A DNA stretch of 47,482 nucleotides from a virus. Of the stretch, positions 1 through 8,951 are shown piece after piece. The stretch lies in IMG/VR virus record IMGVR_UViG_3300044470_000442, positions 1-47,482 of that record. The stretch is one strand, 5' to 3'. The notes under the pieces are model-generated. The model had not been told where the DNA came from. It was given only the letters and a program-made list of their open reading frames with translations, and ran no database searches. A program made the translations under genes and the position numbers. The first letter of the stretch is position 1; every line of letters begins with the position of its first letter.

Positions 1-127
1 TTTGCCGTGGGTTGCGAGATTGCTTTTTTTGACACTGCCTCTGACTTTTTGATAATGGCCATTAGGCCCTCCTTGTGTCTGGTGTAAAAAACTTACTGTT
101 TACTGTGTGACTGAGCTTAAAATATTC
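1..127. repeat. Terminal direct repeat, copy A (identical to 47356..47482)
   Basis: Read directly: bases 1-127 are identical to the last 127 bases of the window. This implies circular closure (unique length 47355 bp) or a short terminal redundancy. Confidence 0.95.
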
Positions 128-1119
128 GCGATACGATCCGACGCAGCCTTGTCCGTCTTTGAGTCAACGATGGAAAGAATATTGTCCAAAGCTGCCGATT
201 TGAACTCGTCTCCGGTACCAAACAAAGCCTCTTCTGCCCTGCGAAAACCCATATCCTCCGCGCTCGTTCTAAAACCGGTTCTCTGGTGGTCTACCCAGCG
301 CGTGACTCCCTGGAAGAGGGAATACATCGTTCCCTGTTCCTGTTGGGTATCCGGGGCCATGAAGTTCTCGGCGATCTGCGCGGCCATATTCTGTTGCTTG
401 ACCGATTTGTCGATGTTAGGGAATAGACGACCGAGAACGTCGGCGAGGGACTTCTGTGTTACCTGGACTTCGTTGAGCCTCTTGAATTTATCGTTCAGCG
501 TATTGATTTGGGAGGAAACTCCCTTGATCAGTCCTTTTGCCAGCGCGAGCTTTGCGTTAATTGAGGACGTGTGTCGAAGGGAAACAATTTCGGTCCCGGT
601 CGCTTCTCCCAGCGCCAGGTTTAGGGTATTCCGGCAGACCACCCTTTGTGTCGTTATTTTGATCTTCGGAGCATGCCCGTCCCGATAATCGACAAACAGG
701 AGGTAGGTTTCGTGGACGTCTCCGCGAACCGGCGCGAACTTCTGGTTCAGCTTTACCAGGCACCAGACGACCTCTCCCTTACCCAGGGCGCCGGCCGATT
801 CGTAATGTGCTTCGTGAGACTCCACCAGTGCATCGCAGAACTCGAACGTCTGTTTGTTCTGTACCGGAAGGTAATGTGAACCGACGGCGTGAAAGAAGAC
901 GTTTGTGTCGTCCCTGAGAAGCGCCCAAAGAGGAATCGGAGCAGCAGTAATAGGATTAAGGAGTTGAACTTTTGAAACTCCCCACTGGAGGTGGGCGAGC
1001 TTATAGGCCTGTTGCCAGGTCTGACATTTTGAAACGTTGATCCCGAGGTTATGCCAGGCTGGAACCCCTGCTACGAAGACCTCGGCTCTGCCCTGACTGA
1101 TGGAAATATTATCGGACAT
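100..1119 (-). CDS. DUF932-like phage/plasmid-associated protein (function unknown)
   Basis: The track ORF is 100..1152. I prefer the ATG at 1119 (MSDNISISQG...) because GGAGGG lies 8 nt upstream. RVVCRNT and SLRHTSS motifs resemble the DUF932 family as I recall it. Confidence 0.6.
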   Translation of the reverse strand: MSDNISISQGRAEVFVAGVPAWHNLGINVSKCQTWQQAYKLAHLQWGVSKVQLLNPITAAPIPLWALLRDDTNVFFHAVGSHYLPVQNKQTFEFCDALVESHEAHYESAGALGKGEVVWCLVKLNQKFAPVRGDVHETYLLFVDYRDGHAPKIKITTQRVVCRNTLNLALGEATGTEIVSLRHTSSINAKLALAKGLIKGVSSQINTLNDKFKRLNEVQVTQKSLADVLGRLFPNIDKSVKQQNMAAQIAENFMAPDTQQEQGTMYSLFQGVTRWVDHQRTGFRTSAEDMGFRRAEEALFGTGDEFKSAALDNILSIVDSKTDKAASDRIANILSSVTQ

Positions 1120-1191
1120 TTTTTTGACCCTCCGTTGAATAATATAAGGCATAAAAAGGCGAAAAGAAATTATTATTTTAAATTTTTAAAT

Positions 1192-1416
1192 TCAGTCCGC
1201 GTTCTCTTCTTCTGTTGGGACAACCACGCGCGTCGGTTGGAGCTTTTCGTTGAACTCGTCCGGCGTCATTACCTTTGAGGAATTGTCAAAGCGTCGGTAC
1301 AATTCCACCAAAAGGCACGAGTAAACCTTGACCTGGTACGGAGCAGGGTCAACGTACCCGTTCTTGGTCTGGATGAACACGAAGTCTCCCTCGTTAATTT
1401 TGTTTTGCTTTTTCAC
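1192..1416 (-). CDS. hypothetical small protein (74 aa)
   Basis: GTG start with AAGGAGG 6 nt upstream. The start overlaps the stop of the upstream ORF (GTGA), suggesting translational coupling. No family recognised. Confidence 0.55.
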   Translation of the reverse strand: MKKQNKINEGDFVFIQTKNGYVDPAPYQVKVYSCLLVELYRRFDNSSKVMTPDEFNEKLQPTRVVVPTEEENAD

Positions 1417-1631
1417 TTTGTTCCTCCTTGTACAGTTTGTTTCAATCCACGCGCCCGCGAAGGGCGCGACTCGTCCACTTTATTCGCCGCATACCAGCCG
1501 TCCGTATCAAGCTGGCCACCGACAATCGCCGATCCGCTAGACATCTTACGCGCACCGCATGTGCAGGTGTAGAGGGTTACGCCGCCAAAAGGCAGGTTGC
1601 GGCTGGTTGACTCTGTGTGTTTGTGTGTCAT
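1413..1631 (-). CDS. hypothetical small protein (72 aa)
   Basis: ATG at 1631 with GGGAG 7 nt upstream. Its 3' end carries the SD of the next gene. No family recognised. Confidence 0.55.
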   Translation of the reverse strand: MTHKHTESTSRNLPFGGVTLYTCTCGARKMSSGSAIVGGQLDTDGWYAANKVDESRPSRARGLKQTVQGGTK

Positions 1632-1790
1632 TTTTTGGCTCCCTTTGTGGTTGGTTGTCTCTCTTGCCTACACTTATAATATACCACTGTTTTTAGAAAA
1701 TAACACTAAAATTATTAAAAAAATCGACGTTTGTAACTCCTTGTGTTTAGTATAGTTATAAATAGTGGAAAAATAATTATTAAAATTGTT
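1632..1790 (-). promoter_or_regulatory. AT-rich untranslated gap with a candidate extended -10 promoter on the minus strand
   Basis: 159-bp AT-rich gap in an otherwise tightly packed gene string. The minus strand reads TG-g-TATATT (plus coordinates 1686..1678), about 45 nt upstream of the ATG at 1631. No clear -35 element. Confidence 0.3.
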
Positions 1791-2324
1791 CTATTCCTTA
1801 TTATATATAGCGGCAGTAATCCTCTCTGTTAGTTCCTCTTTGCAGCGCGTGCAGGGATTCTTCGGCTTGAGCGCCCATACTCCGAAGATAAGGGAGTCAA
1901 TAGAAACGACTTGAGTTAATACTCCTTGCTCGTTAAGAAATGGAATAATTTTGTCAATAAACAGTTCAGGAGTTACTCTTTCTTTTTTTACAAAACCTTT
2001 TATTATTTCCGAAAAGGATGTGGATAAAAACGCCATCGTATTGTTTTCTCCGATATATCTATTGTTATAGGTAAGACATTCTACCCCTTCCTTTAGTGGG
2101 GTTATGATAAGGTCTTCATCTTCTGCAACCATTGTGTACGATATCAACTCAGTTCGCAATTTTTTTACTTCCTCAATACATGCAACAATTTTTCCTGAAA
2201 AAGTTAGGGTGGGGTCTGGAAACAAAGACTTGACGATAAATTGTTGTTCTGCCGTGAGTCTTACATTGTACTGTTCTTTTTTCTGCTCATCCGTGAATTT
2301 AGGGCGTCCCGGGTGCTTGATCAT
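1791..2324 (-). CDS. first gene of the leftward arm; possible ribbon-helix-helix-type regulator (weak)
   Basis: The track ORF is 1791..2360. I prefer the ATG at 2324 (MIKHPGRPKFTDEQKKEQYNVRLTAEQ...) with GGAGG 6 nt upstream. The N-terminal GRPK...VRLT pattern resembles RHH/MobC-like N-termini. It lies next to the divergent control region. Confidence 0.45.
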   Translation of the reverse strand: MIKHPGRPKFTDEQKKEQYNVRLTAEQQFIVKSLFPDPTLTFSGKIVACIEEVKKLRTELISYTMVAEDEDLIITPLKEGVECLTYNNRYIGENNTMAFLSTSFSEIIKGFVKKERVTPELFIDKIIPFLNEQGVLTQVVSIDSLIFGVWALKPKNPCTRCKEELTERITAAIYNKE

Positions 2325-2360
2325 ATACAACCTCCAAAAGTTTAGGTTAGAAATCCCCAA

Positions 2361-2582
2361 ATAGAATATATGGGGTCTTATTCATTAAGCTTTTATATAT
2401 TAAATATAATATTAAATAATATATACCCATATATATGTTTTGGGGATTTTGGCAAAAAGGATGAGGGCGTTGTTGTATGTATAATATTAGGTGGATTATA
2501 ATATAACAATCAGCCCTATATTTGTTTTAGTTGTATATGAATTTAGACGGTTTTACAAGTTATATATGGGTATATTTAAGAC
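2361..2582. promoter_or_regulatory. Divergent AT-rich control region between the leftward and rightward arms, with inverted repeats
   Basis: 222 bp non-coding and very AT-rich. A perfect 14-bp inverted repeat is ATATACCCATATAT (2421..2434) / ATATATGGGTATAT (2562..2575), and a third partial copy ATATATGGG sits at 2366..2374. An 8-bp IR is TCCCCAAA (2354..2361) / TTTGGGGA (2439..2446). TATAAT-like hexamers occur at about 2481 and 2497. Confidence 0.5.
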
Positions 2583-3029
2583 ATGAAAAGTAAGGTATAT
2601 ACAGGGGAAAAAAAGAAAAACGTAAGGTACAAGTTTACCCAAGAGGACATCGACCGCGCAAAGAATGCGTATCTCTGTAAGCCAAAAGGTCTTACATGGA
2701 AAGCAATAGTCGACGAAATGCTTTCACAAACCGAAATAAACCTCGAATACAGCAAAAAAATCCCCGCAGGAAAAGGCGGTTTCCGTATTGTCAAGCGCAA
2801 TATATTCCTCAGCGCAGGAAATCGTGCTACCATAAGACATATGATAACGGCAAAACAAATCGAAATGGCAATGGATGGAAACTCCGGAGCCATTGCTGAT
2901 ATACAGGACAGAGACTATGGAAAACCCAGGCAGGCCCTTGAACACTCCCTTGGTTCTCCCCTCGAGGAAGGTCAAAGCGATCCCGATTCTATGATATTGG
3001 CCATGATTCGCAAGGTGATGGATAAATGA
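2583..3029 (+). CDS. putative terminase small subunit
   Basis: First gene of the rightward arm, 148 aa, overlapping the start of the large terminase gene. The assignment is positional and no strong motif was seen. Confidence 0.5.
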   Translation: MKSKVYTGEKKKNVRYKFTQEDIDRAKNAYLCKPKGLTWKAIVDEMLSQTEINLEYSKKIPAGKGGFRIVKRNIFLSAGNRATIRHMITAKQIEMAMDGNSGAIADIQDRDYGKPRQALEHSLGSPLEEGQSDPDSMILAMIRKVMDK

Positions 3030-4540
3030 CCGAACTCGAAACAATTCTTGAGCAACCCGCTCTTCTCCAGCGAATGCCTGATAATGAGAAGGAACAACTT
3101 GTTTTGGAGTTGGAAAGGGTTCTCAGGAAACAAGCCGAGGATCGTTTTTATTATTTCTTTCGCCAGGCGTGGCCGATTATTTGGAAAGCGATCCCATTTG
3201 AGAAGTGTTCTTTCTATGAACCACTTTGTGATGAACTGCAAGAAGTAGCGGAGAGAAATTTCAGAAACGAAGATTGTCTTAATAATGTTGTTGTCAACGT
3301 TCCTCCCGGTACCGCCAAAACAACTTTGTTCTCAGTGGCTTTTCATCCCTGGGTATGGATTGAACAAGCTACAAAGCGTTTCATTACCACTTCCTACTCT
3401 CCTAAAAAAGCCTATGACAATTGTCTGGCATCGATCAATCTTATCAAGAGCCCGTGGTACCAACGTAATTGGTGTGGCAAATATCAATTGAACAGGGATC
3501 TTGGAACAGATTGTCAAAACAGTAAAGGTGGGTACAGAATAATTACCGCTCCTGACGTAAAGGTTGGTACGGGATATCACGCTGACTTTATCATTGGCGA
3601 CGACAACCAGAACGCAGAGGAAGTTTATTCCTCGGCATACAGGGAAAAGGTTTGTCGTTGGCGGGATGAGACAATGTCCACACGCTTGGCAAACAAGAGA
3701 ACGGGCGTGATGATAGATGTCCAACAGAGACTTCACATTAAGGATCTTACCGCACACATTAAGAACACACAGGCAAGCTTGACCAAGTTTATTTCCCTTC
3801 CTGCTGAGAATACATACAAAAACGTTGAACCGCCCGAGTGGGAGAAATACTATATCGATGGTCTTCTGTCACCGAACGCCCTTCTGTCTCCTCTCGTTCT
3901 TAGCAAGGCAAAGACACAATTACGTAATGCTTATCAAGGACAATATAACCAGCACCCTGTCCCCTCGAACGGAACGTTATTCAAGGACGAGTGGGTGCGG
4001 TGGGTGACTGCCGAACAGCTTCCTGAGATGGAACTGGTCGTCGTTTCAGCGGACACGGCACAGACGGATAAGCAGTCCTCGTGTCCAGTGTCAATACAGA
4101 CATGGGCAAAGGAACGTGGTGCACCAAATTTCTATCTGCTCGGGGATGAGACGGACATCATGTCTATCCTATCAACCGAAAAAAGGATTGTTGCTGTCGC
4201 TGCCGTTAACCCAGGCTGTGTCATCGTGATAGAGCGGGAAGCAAGTGGTTACACAATCCTTGAGAACCTGAAAAAGGTATACCCTCTTGTCTTTGGCTTC
4301 GATCCCAGAAAATACGGCGGGAAAGAAAAGCGCGCAGAGATGGTCAGTCGTTACTGGGAGGCCGGGAACGTTTTTATCCTTCTCAACGAGTATTACAAAT
4401 CAAGATATGTTCCTGAAATAATTGACTTCCCGAATGGTCCATATAAAGACAGGGTCGACGCGATGTCTCAAGCCCTTATCTGGATCAACCGTGAGGAACT
4501 GACCCGGGTCAATCCTAACCCTAACCCACAGGTGTATTGA
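3026..4540 (+). CDS. terL: terminase large subunit
   Basis: 504 aa. Walker A-like VPPGTAKTT and Walker B-like DFIIGDD. C-terminal RNase-H-like nuclease signatures VVSADTAQTD and DRVDAMSQAL. Confidence 0.9.
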   Translation: MTELETILEQPALLQRMPDNEKEQLVLELERVLRKQAEDRFYYFFRQAWPIIWKAIPFEKCSFYEPLCDELQEVAERNFRNEDCLNNVVVNVPPGTAKTTLFSVAFHPWVWIEQATKRFITTSYSPKKAYDNCLASINLIKSPWYQRNWCGKYQLNRDLGTDCQNSKGGYRIITAPDVKVGTGYHADFIIGDDNQNAEEVYSSAYREKVCRWRDETMSTRLANKRTGVMIDVQQRLHIKDLTAHIKNTQASLTKFISLPAENTYKNVEPPEWEKYYIDGLLSPNALLSPLVLSKAKTQLRNAYQGQYNQHPVPSNGTLFKDEWVRWVTAEQLPEMELVVVSADTAQTDKQSSCPVSIQTWAKERGAPNFYLLGDETDIMSILSTEKRIVAVAAVNPGCVIVIEREASGYTILENLKKVYPLVFGFDPRKYGGKEKRAEMVSRYWEAGNVFILLNEYYKSRYVPEIIDFPNGPYKDRVDAMSQALIWINREELTRVNPNPNPQVY

Positions 4541-4866
4541 TGCAACCGTATGAAAAGGCAGTCTGTGACTTGTTTGGCGAGAAGCAGGAGGTCTCGTATA
4601 TCAGCAAGCCTCGCCTTGTAAAGGCCTTGGCGTATCTGAACATGGACTACGAGGTCTTGCATTTTGACCTGTACGAGGTTGCTCCGAACCACCGGAGATT
4701 CAAACATTTTACTCACGCCCAGCGGGTAGACATACAAAGGAGACTCAGTGAGCGACAAGCATTACGCGATAAAGCAGAACGAGAACCAAAACAAACGCCC
4801 GGTCAGGATAGTGGACATGCAGACCGGGAAATGTGTGGCAACGTCGACCTCAGCAGCAAAGGCTGA
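4540..4866 (+). CDS. hypothetical protein
   Basis: The ATG at 4540 overlaps the terL stop (TGATG). 108 aa with no family recognised. Confidence 0.5.
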   Translation: MQPYEKAVCDLFGEKQEVSYISKPRLVKALAYLNMDYEVLHFDLYEVAPNHRRFKHFTHAQRVDIQRRLSERQALRDKAEREPKQTPGQDSGHADREMCGNVDLSSKG

Positions 4867-4892
4867 GGCAGACATACGCAGGAGGTTTGACA

Positions 4893-5105
4893 ATGGAAAA
4901 AGTAGATAACTGGAAAAATCGTTCAGCGGCAATGCGCTGCGCGTCTTGTATCCATTACGTACCGAAAAGCGTCGAGGGAGTAGTCATGTCTGTTGGACGG
5001 TGCCGGAAGCACGCTCCCTCCTTGAACGGTTGGCCGGTCGTCTTTACGCTCGACTGGTGCGGTGATCACAAACTCAACGAGGAGAGCCTCCGTGACCAGG
5101 CTTGA
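4893..5105 (+). CDS. small Cys-rich protein (70 aa)
   Basis: Internal ATG of track ORF 4833..5105, with GGAGG 7 nt upstream (4881-4885). Cysteines at CASC, GRC and WCGDH. Confidence 0.55.
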   Translation: MEKVDNWKNRSAAMRCASCIHYVPKSVEGVVMSVGRCRKHAPSLNGWPVVFTLDWCGDHKLNEESLRDQA

Positions 5106-5155
5106 TATTGTTATTGCCCTGATGGCGGTGGAAATTATTCTACAGGTGGTGTGGC

Positions 5156-6067
5156 ATGTTGTTCGCTGATACGAAAACAGACGTTGTCTTTTTCTCCGTG
5201 ATGTTCTCCCAGCGATGGCCGGAGCTGTTTCGCTTTATCAAGACAGCCCTCAATACCTGCGGCGTCGAGGTTGTTTTGGTTCAAGGAAACTTTAATATCT
5301 GGGCGCGTGACTGGCTGCCCCTGCAGGTGGGGGACCACTTCGTTAAATTTTTGTACAAGGGATATGGCTCGATGTACGAGGACTTTCCTTGGTTGAATGT
5401 TCCCCAAAAGGTAATACAGAACGCCCTTCCGGGCCTTCGTTTTTTAATGTCAACTCTTACCATGGACGGTGGCGGTATTGTTCGTTGTGGTAAGAAGGTT
5501 GTGGTAACCGAGAAGGTCTTTCTTGACAACAAGGATAAAGACGAAAAGGAAATTATGGCGCTGTTGCAGTATTACTTCAACGCGGACATCATTGTTATAC
5601 CCATAGAGCCAGGAGATGACCTTGGGCATTCTGACGGAATCGTGAAGTTCGTTAATGAAAATACAATCCTTCTTAATAACTACAGTGTGATGCTTAGTGA
5701 TGAATATGATACATATTTTAAGAAGGTAAAGGACATTCTCACCAACGCTGGTCTCAAGATTGTTCTCATGCCCTTTGCCTATCAACGTTGCCCCGTTTTG
5801 TCCGATGAAGCCTTTAAGGCTAAATACCCGTTGGCAGATGATAACAACCCGGCAGTGGGTTATTACGTCAATTTCCTTTTGACAAGCAGGTGCATCCTCC
5901 TTCCCGTGTTTGGCTTTGAGGAAGATGCCGCGGCCCTTGTAACCATACGGGAGTGTTACCCTGACCATGTTGTGATCCCTGTTGACTGCTACGAACTCTC
6001 CATGGAGGGTGGCTTGATGAACTGCGTTACGATGAACTACATTAAGGAGAATATGGTATGTCGATAA
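5156..6067 (+). CDS. agmatine deiminase / Porphyromonas-type peptidyl-arginine deiminase-like enzyme (guanidino-group-modifying superfamily)
   Basis: 303 aa. Motifs NIWARDWLP (cf. D-x-W-x-RD-x-GP), LGHSDGIVKF (cf. GH-x-D) and C-terminal EGGLMNCVTMN (cf. GGG-x-HC-x-T with catalytic Cys) match the PAD_porph/AguA pattern as I recall it. Confidence 0.7.
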   Translation: MLFADTKTDVVFFSVMFSQRWPELFRFIKTALNTCGVEVVLVQGNFNIWARDWLPLQVGDHFVKFLYKGYGSMYEDFPWLNVPQKVIQNALPGLRFLMSTLTMDGGGIVRCGKKVVVTEKVFLDNKDKDEKEIMALLQYYFNADIIVIPIEPGDDLGHSDGIVKFVNENTILLNNYSVMLSDEYDTYFKKVKDILTNAGLKIVLMPFAYQRCPVLSDEAFKAKYPLADDNNPAVGYYVNFLLTSRCILLPVFGFEEDAAALVTIRECYPDHVVIPVDCYELSMEGGLMNCVTMNYIKENMVCR

Positions 6068-7818
6068 ATCAACCAGGAATACCAGCAGGACTCAGCTCAT
6101 CGATCAACGCACCCTCCGGTATTCGCTCAGGCACGGCCGCTCAGGGAAACAGTCCTATCTCCGTGTCAATTGGTGCGGTGACCTCACAGTCCGCTCCGAC
6201 ATATACACTACAGAATACCCAGCCCGGTACTCCTATATATCAATGGGACATCTACGACTTCATGCTCAACGCCTATTTCGGTGAGGGCGGGTTCCACGAC
6301 GGCTCGGCCCTGGTCAAGTCACAGATTGAGAAGGACGTACAGTATGTAGAACGTCGTGCCAACTCTTACTACAAGAACTACGTTCGCCCGATCATCGACG
6401 CGACCTATATCCCTGTCTTCACGAAACCCGTCAAGCGGGTGACCAAGGTCAACGGTGCCGACGACCCCGAGGGAAAAGCGGCTCCAATGTGGAAGGCCTT
6501 CTGTGATAACGTAGACAACAGGGGAACAGACATTGCCCTGTTTGCCCAAAAGGTTGTACGCTATGCCAGAATACATGGCGTTTCGTTTATTGTCATGGAC
6601 AATTTTCCAGATCCTCCGGTGGCCGAGGCCGATGCAATCAAGGAGAGAAAGTTTCCTTTTGTGGCGATGCGCCTGCCGCAGCAGGTCGAGGTTTCCCTGC
6701 TGAAACTTGACCGCTTTATGGGAATCGAAGAGATTGCTTTCAGAGAAGCTCCCTGCAAGGGACAGGAACGCTGGAAGCTTTGGACGAAGGAATACTCGGT
6801 CTGTTTATACAAGGACAAAGAGGGTAACTTTCAGCAGGACGGTGAGACACTATTCGTATATAACCTGGCAAAGGTTCCGGTTATTCCGGTTTTCTCAGCG
6901 GAGTGTGAAGATGGAACAATCCTCCCGAAACCGAACTTTTATGATATAGCACGTTGTAACTGGAAACTGTTCAATACCTGCTCCGCTCAGGACAGGTTGA
7001 TGCGTGCACAGATGTTCGCGATCCTTTGCGCACCGAAGATTGAGCAGGGCTTCGCGTCATCGCCTAACCAGGGTTTCGAGCTTCCCGCAAACGACTCCAA
7101 CTCAGGAGTGTCTTACCCGACACCGTTTTACCTTGCCCCTCCGACCGGTCCCTACGCCGAGATAGGCAAGAACATAAACGATCTCGGGAACGACTTGTTT
7201 CAGATGGCAGGACAGCAGGGTGTGACCGGGGTCAAGACTGAAGCGTCAGGGATTGCCGCTGCTTATGACTGGCAGGGGCAAGAGTGGGTGCTTAAGCAGA
7301 CTGCCGCGATGGCAAAGCTTTCCGAGGAAAAGATCGCAGAGGTTTATCAGCTGTATGTACCAACAATCAAGATTGAGTATTGTGCTGAATATTCGACGGA
7401 CTATCAGGTCATTGACCAGATGGCAAAAGGTAATCAGTTCAGTCGCTTTCTTGCCGATATTTCCCAGCTTAGTGTTCCGTACAATCCTGTCGTAGCAGAG
7501 GGAATCATCGAGTATTGCTACGCAACCTATAACGGGATCAAGGAAGAGGAGGTGCAGGAAATTATTGATTGGATAGAGAAGAACACAAGCGAGGATGCCG
7601 AACCACAAGCAGACACAAGTATTCCGGAGTTGAACGATAATGACAAAGTGATGTCCTTCCTTAAGGACAAGAACCATGTACCGAACTCGGCTTTTGCCAA
7701 GAACACCACAACTAAAAAGGGCGTCAGCAACCCAAGGGGACAAGGTGGAACAAACGATGATCCTACCTTGGAAGACAACAACGTTCCAAACCCTAAAGAG
7801 GAGGTTGCCGTTAAGTGA
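6058..7818 (+). CDS. putative portal protein
   Basis: 586 aa with AAGGAG 8 nt upstream. Located between the terminase block and the MuF-like head morphogenesis gene. Assigned by position and size. Confidence 0.65.
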   Translation: MSINQPGIPAGLSSSINAPSGIRSGTAAQGNSPISVSIGAVTSQSAPTYTLQNTQPGTPIYQWDIYDFMLNAYFGEGGFHDGSALVKSQIEKDVQYVERRANSYYKNYVRPIIDATYIPVFTKPVKRVTKVNGADDPEGKAAPMWKAFCDNVDNRGTDIALFAQKVVRYARIHGVSFIVMDNFPDPPVAEADAIKERKFPFVAMRLPQQVEVSLLKLDRFMGIEEIAFREAPCKGQERWKLWTKEYSVCLYKDKEGNFQQDGETLFVYNLAKVPVIPVFSAECEDGTILPKPNFYDIARCNWKLFNTCSAQDRLMRAQMFAILCAPKIEQGFASSPNQGFELPANDSNSGVSYPTPFYLAPPTGPYAEIGKNINDLGNDLFQMAGQQGVTGVKTEASGIAAAYDWQGQEWVLKQTAAMAKLSEEKIAEVYQLYVPTIKIEYCAEYSTDYQVIDQMAKGNQFSRFLADISQLSVPYNPVVAEGIIEYCYATYNGIKEEEVQEIIDWIEKNTSEDAEPQADTSIPELNDNDKVMSFLKDKNHVPNSAFAKNTTTKKGVSNPRGQGGTNDDPTLEDNNVPNPKEEVAVK

Positions 7819-8786
7819 GACCGTCTCCTTTCAAACGCTATGCTGATGCCTTCGGTGCCCGTTGGGACGCCATAAGTCCTGAGCTGCAGCAGGAGATCCT
7901 TGCGGACATTGCCGCGGGAAAGCCTCCCGCTATTGCGGTCAAAGTCGTGTTTGAGAGGCATGGGATCAAGGAGAAGATCGCCGACTGGATCGCCGAGGGT
8001 TGTTTAGAATCAGCAGCAGCTGGTGGTGTGAAATTTGCAAGCGACCTTACCGGGCGCTTTTACTTTTTGAACAAGACCTTTAACGCCGACAGCATTTCTC
8101 TCAGCGAACGCGTCACGCAACTTAAGTTTCAGGACACGGTTGTTTCGACATTGCAGGCAAACCTCGCCAGCCAGGACCAGTTTTCAAGGCTGGTGACTGA
8201 CCTGGCAAAATACACTACCGAGGAAGACCTGCCGCAAGGTCTTTTGGAGCTTGAAAGACAGGCACGCCGGGTTATGTCCGGGGATGTTGAGGCCTTCGAT
8301 GAGTTCGCCGCGACCTTGAAAAAGGAAAAGGCTATAGCCTTATCCGCAATACACGACGGTGACGAGACCGTTTTGAAACGTTCCTATGTAAAGCTTACCA
8401 AAGCAGCGGAAAGCTTGAACGAGAAAAGTCTTAACTATGCCGTGGAGAACGCAATTGACCAAAAGGCACGCAGTGCCGCCTTTCGTATCGCGCATACAGA
8501 AATGGCCAATGCCTATGGCTTGGCGGTCAGGACAGATGCGGCGCGAGACACAGAATGCACGGGTATCGAGTGGACGCTTTCGTCTGCCGAGAACCATTGT
8601 GATGTTTGCGATGATCTTGATGGGAAGGTCTTTGCCCTGGGTGAGTTGCCGGAATATCCGGCGCACCCTCATTGTTCGTGTCATCTTGATAAATACTACG
8701 GTGATGAAAGCGATGTTGAGAACAAACCTGGTAATTCAGACGATGAGACAATACCCGAGGAACTTTTACTTGAAAGCGGGGATTAA
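7815..8786 (+). CDS. head morphogenesis / minor capsid protein, SPP1 gp7 - Mu F family
   Basis: GTG start overlapping the portal stop (GTGA), with GAGGAGG upstream. The C-terminal motif HCDVCDDLDGKVF...YPAHPHCSCH is typical of the MuF/gp7 family. Confidence 0.8.
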   Translation: MRPSPFKRYADAFGARWDAISPELQQEILADIAAGKPPAIAVKVVFERHGIKEKIADWIAEGCLESAAAGGVKFASDLTGRFYFLNKTFNADSISLSERVTQLKFQDTVVSTLQANLASQDQFSRLVTDLAKYTTEEDLPQGLLELERQARRVMSGDVEAFDEFAATLKKEKAIALSAIHDGDETVLKRSYVKLTKAAESLNEKSLNYAVENAIDQKARSAAFRIAHTEMANAYGLAVRTDAARDTECTGIEWTLSSAENHCDVCDDLDGKVFALGELPEYPAHPHCSCHLDKYYGDESDVENKPGNSDDETIPEELLLESGD

Positions 8787-8915
8787 ATGAAACAGCCACG
8801 CCCTGTCGGAGCGAGCAAAAGCCATCACATGGAGAAGGACTCTCCTGCAAAGGCAATGAACCTGAACCACAAGTCACCGAATGAGAAACACATTCCGGTG
8901 CCGTCCAAGAAATAG
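8787..8915 (+). CDS. possible 42-aa basic micro-ORF
   Basis: Not in the ORF track because it is below the size cutoff. The ATG abuts the upstream stop (TAAATG). Translates to MKQPRPVGASKSHHMEKDSPAKAMNLNHKSPNEKHIPVPSKK. No other support. Confidence 0.25.
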   Translation: MKQPRPVGASKSHHMEKDSPAKAMNLNHKSPNEKHIPVPSKK

Positions 8916-8951
8916 AGTACCAGTCACCACCAGTCACAGAAGGAGTACGTC

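Noticed and set aside
1664-1680. Plus-strand TTGCCT ... TATAAT promoter in the 1632-1790 gap
   Set aside because: The spacing between the hexamers is only 5 nt and no plus-strand gene follows. The minus-strand extended -10 reading fits the gene orientation better.
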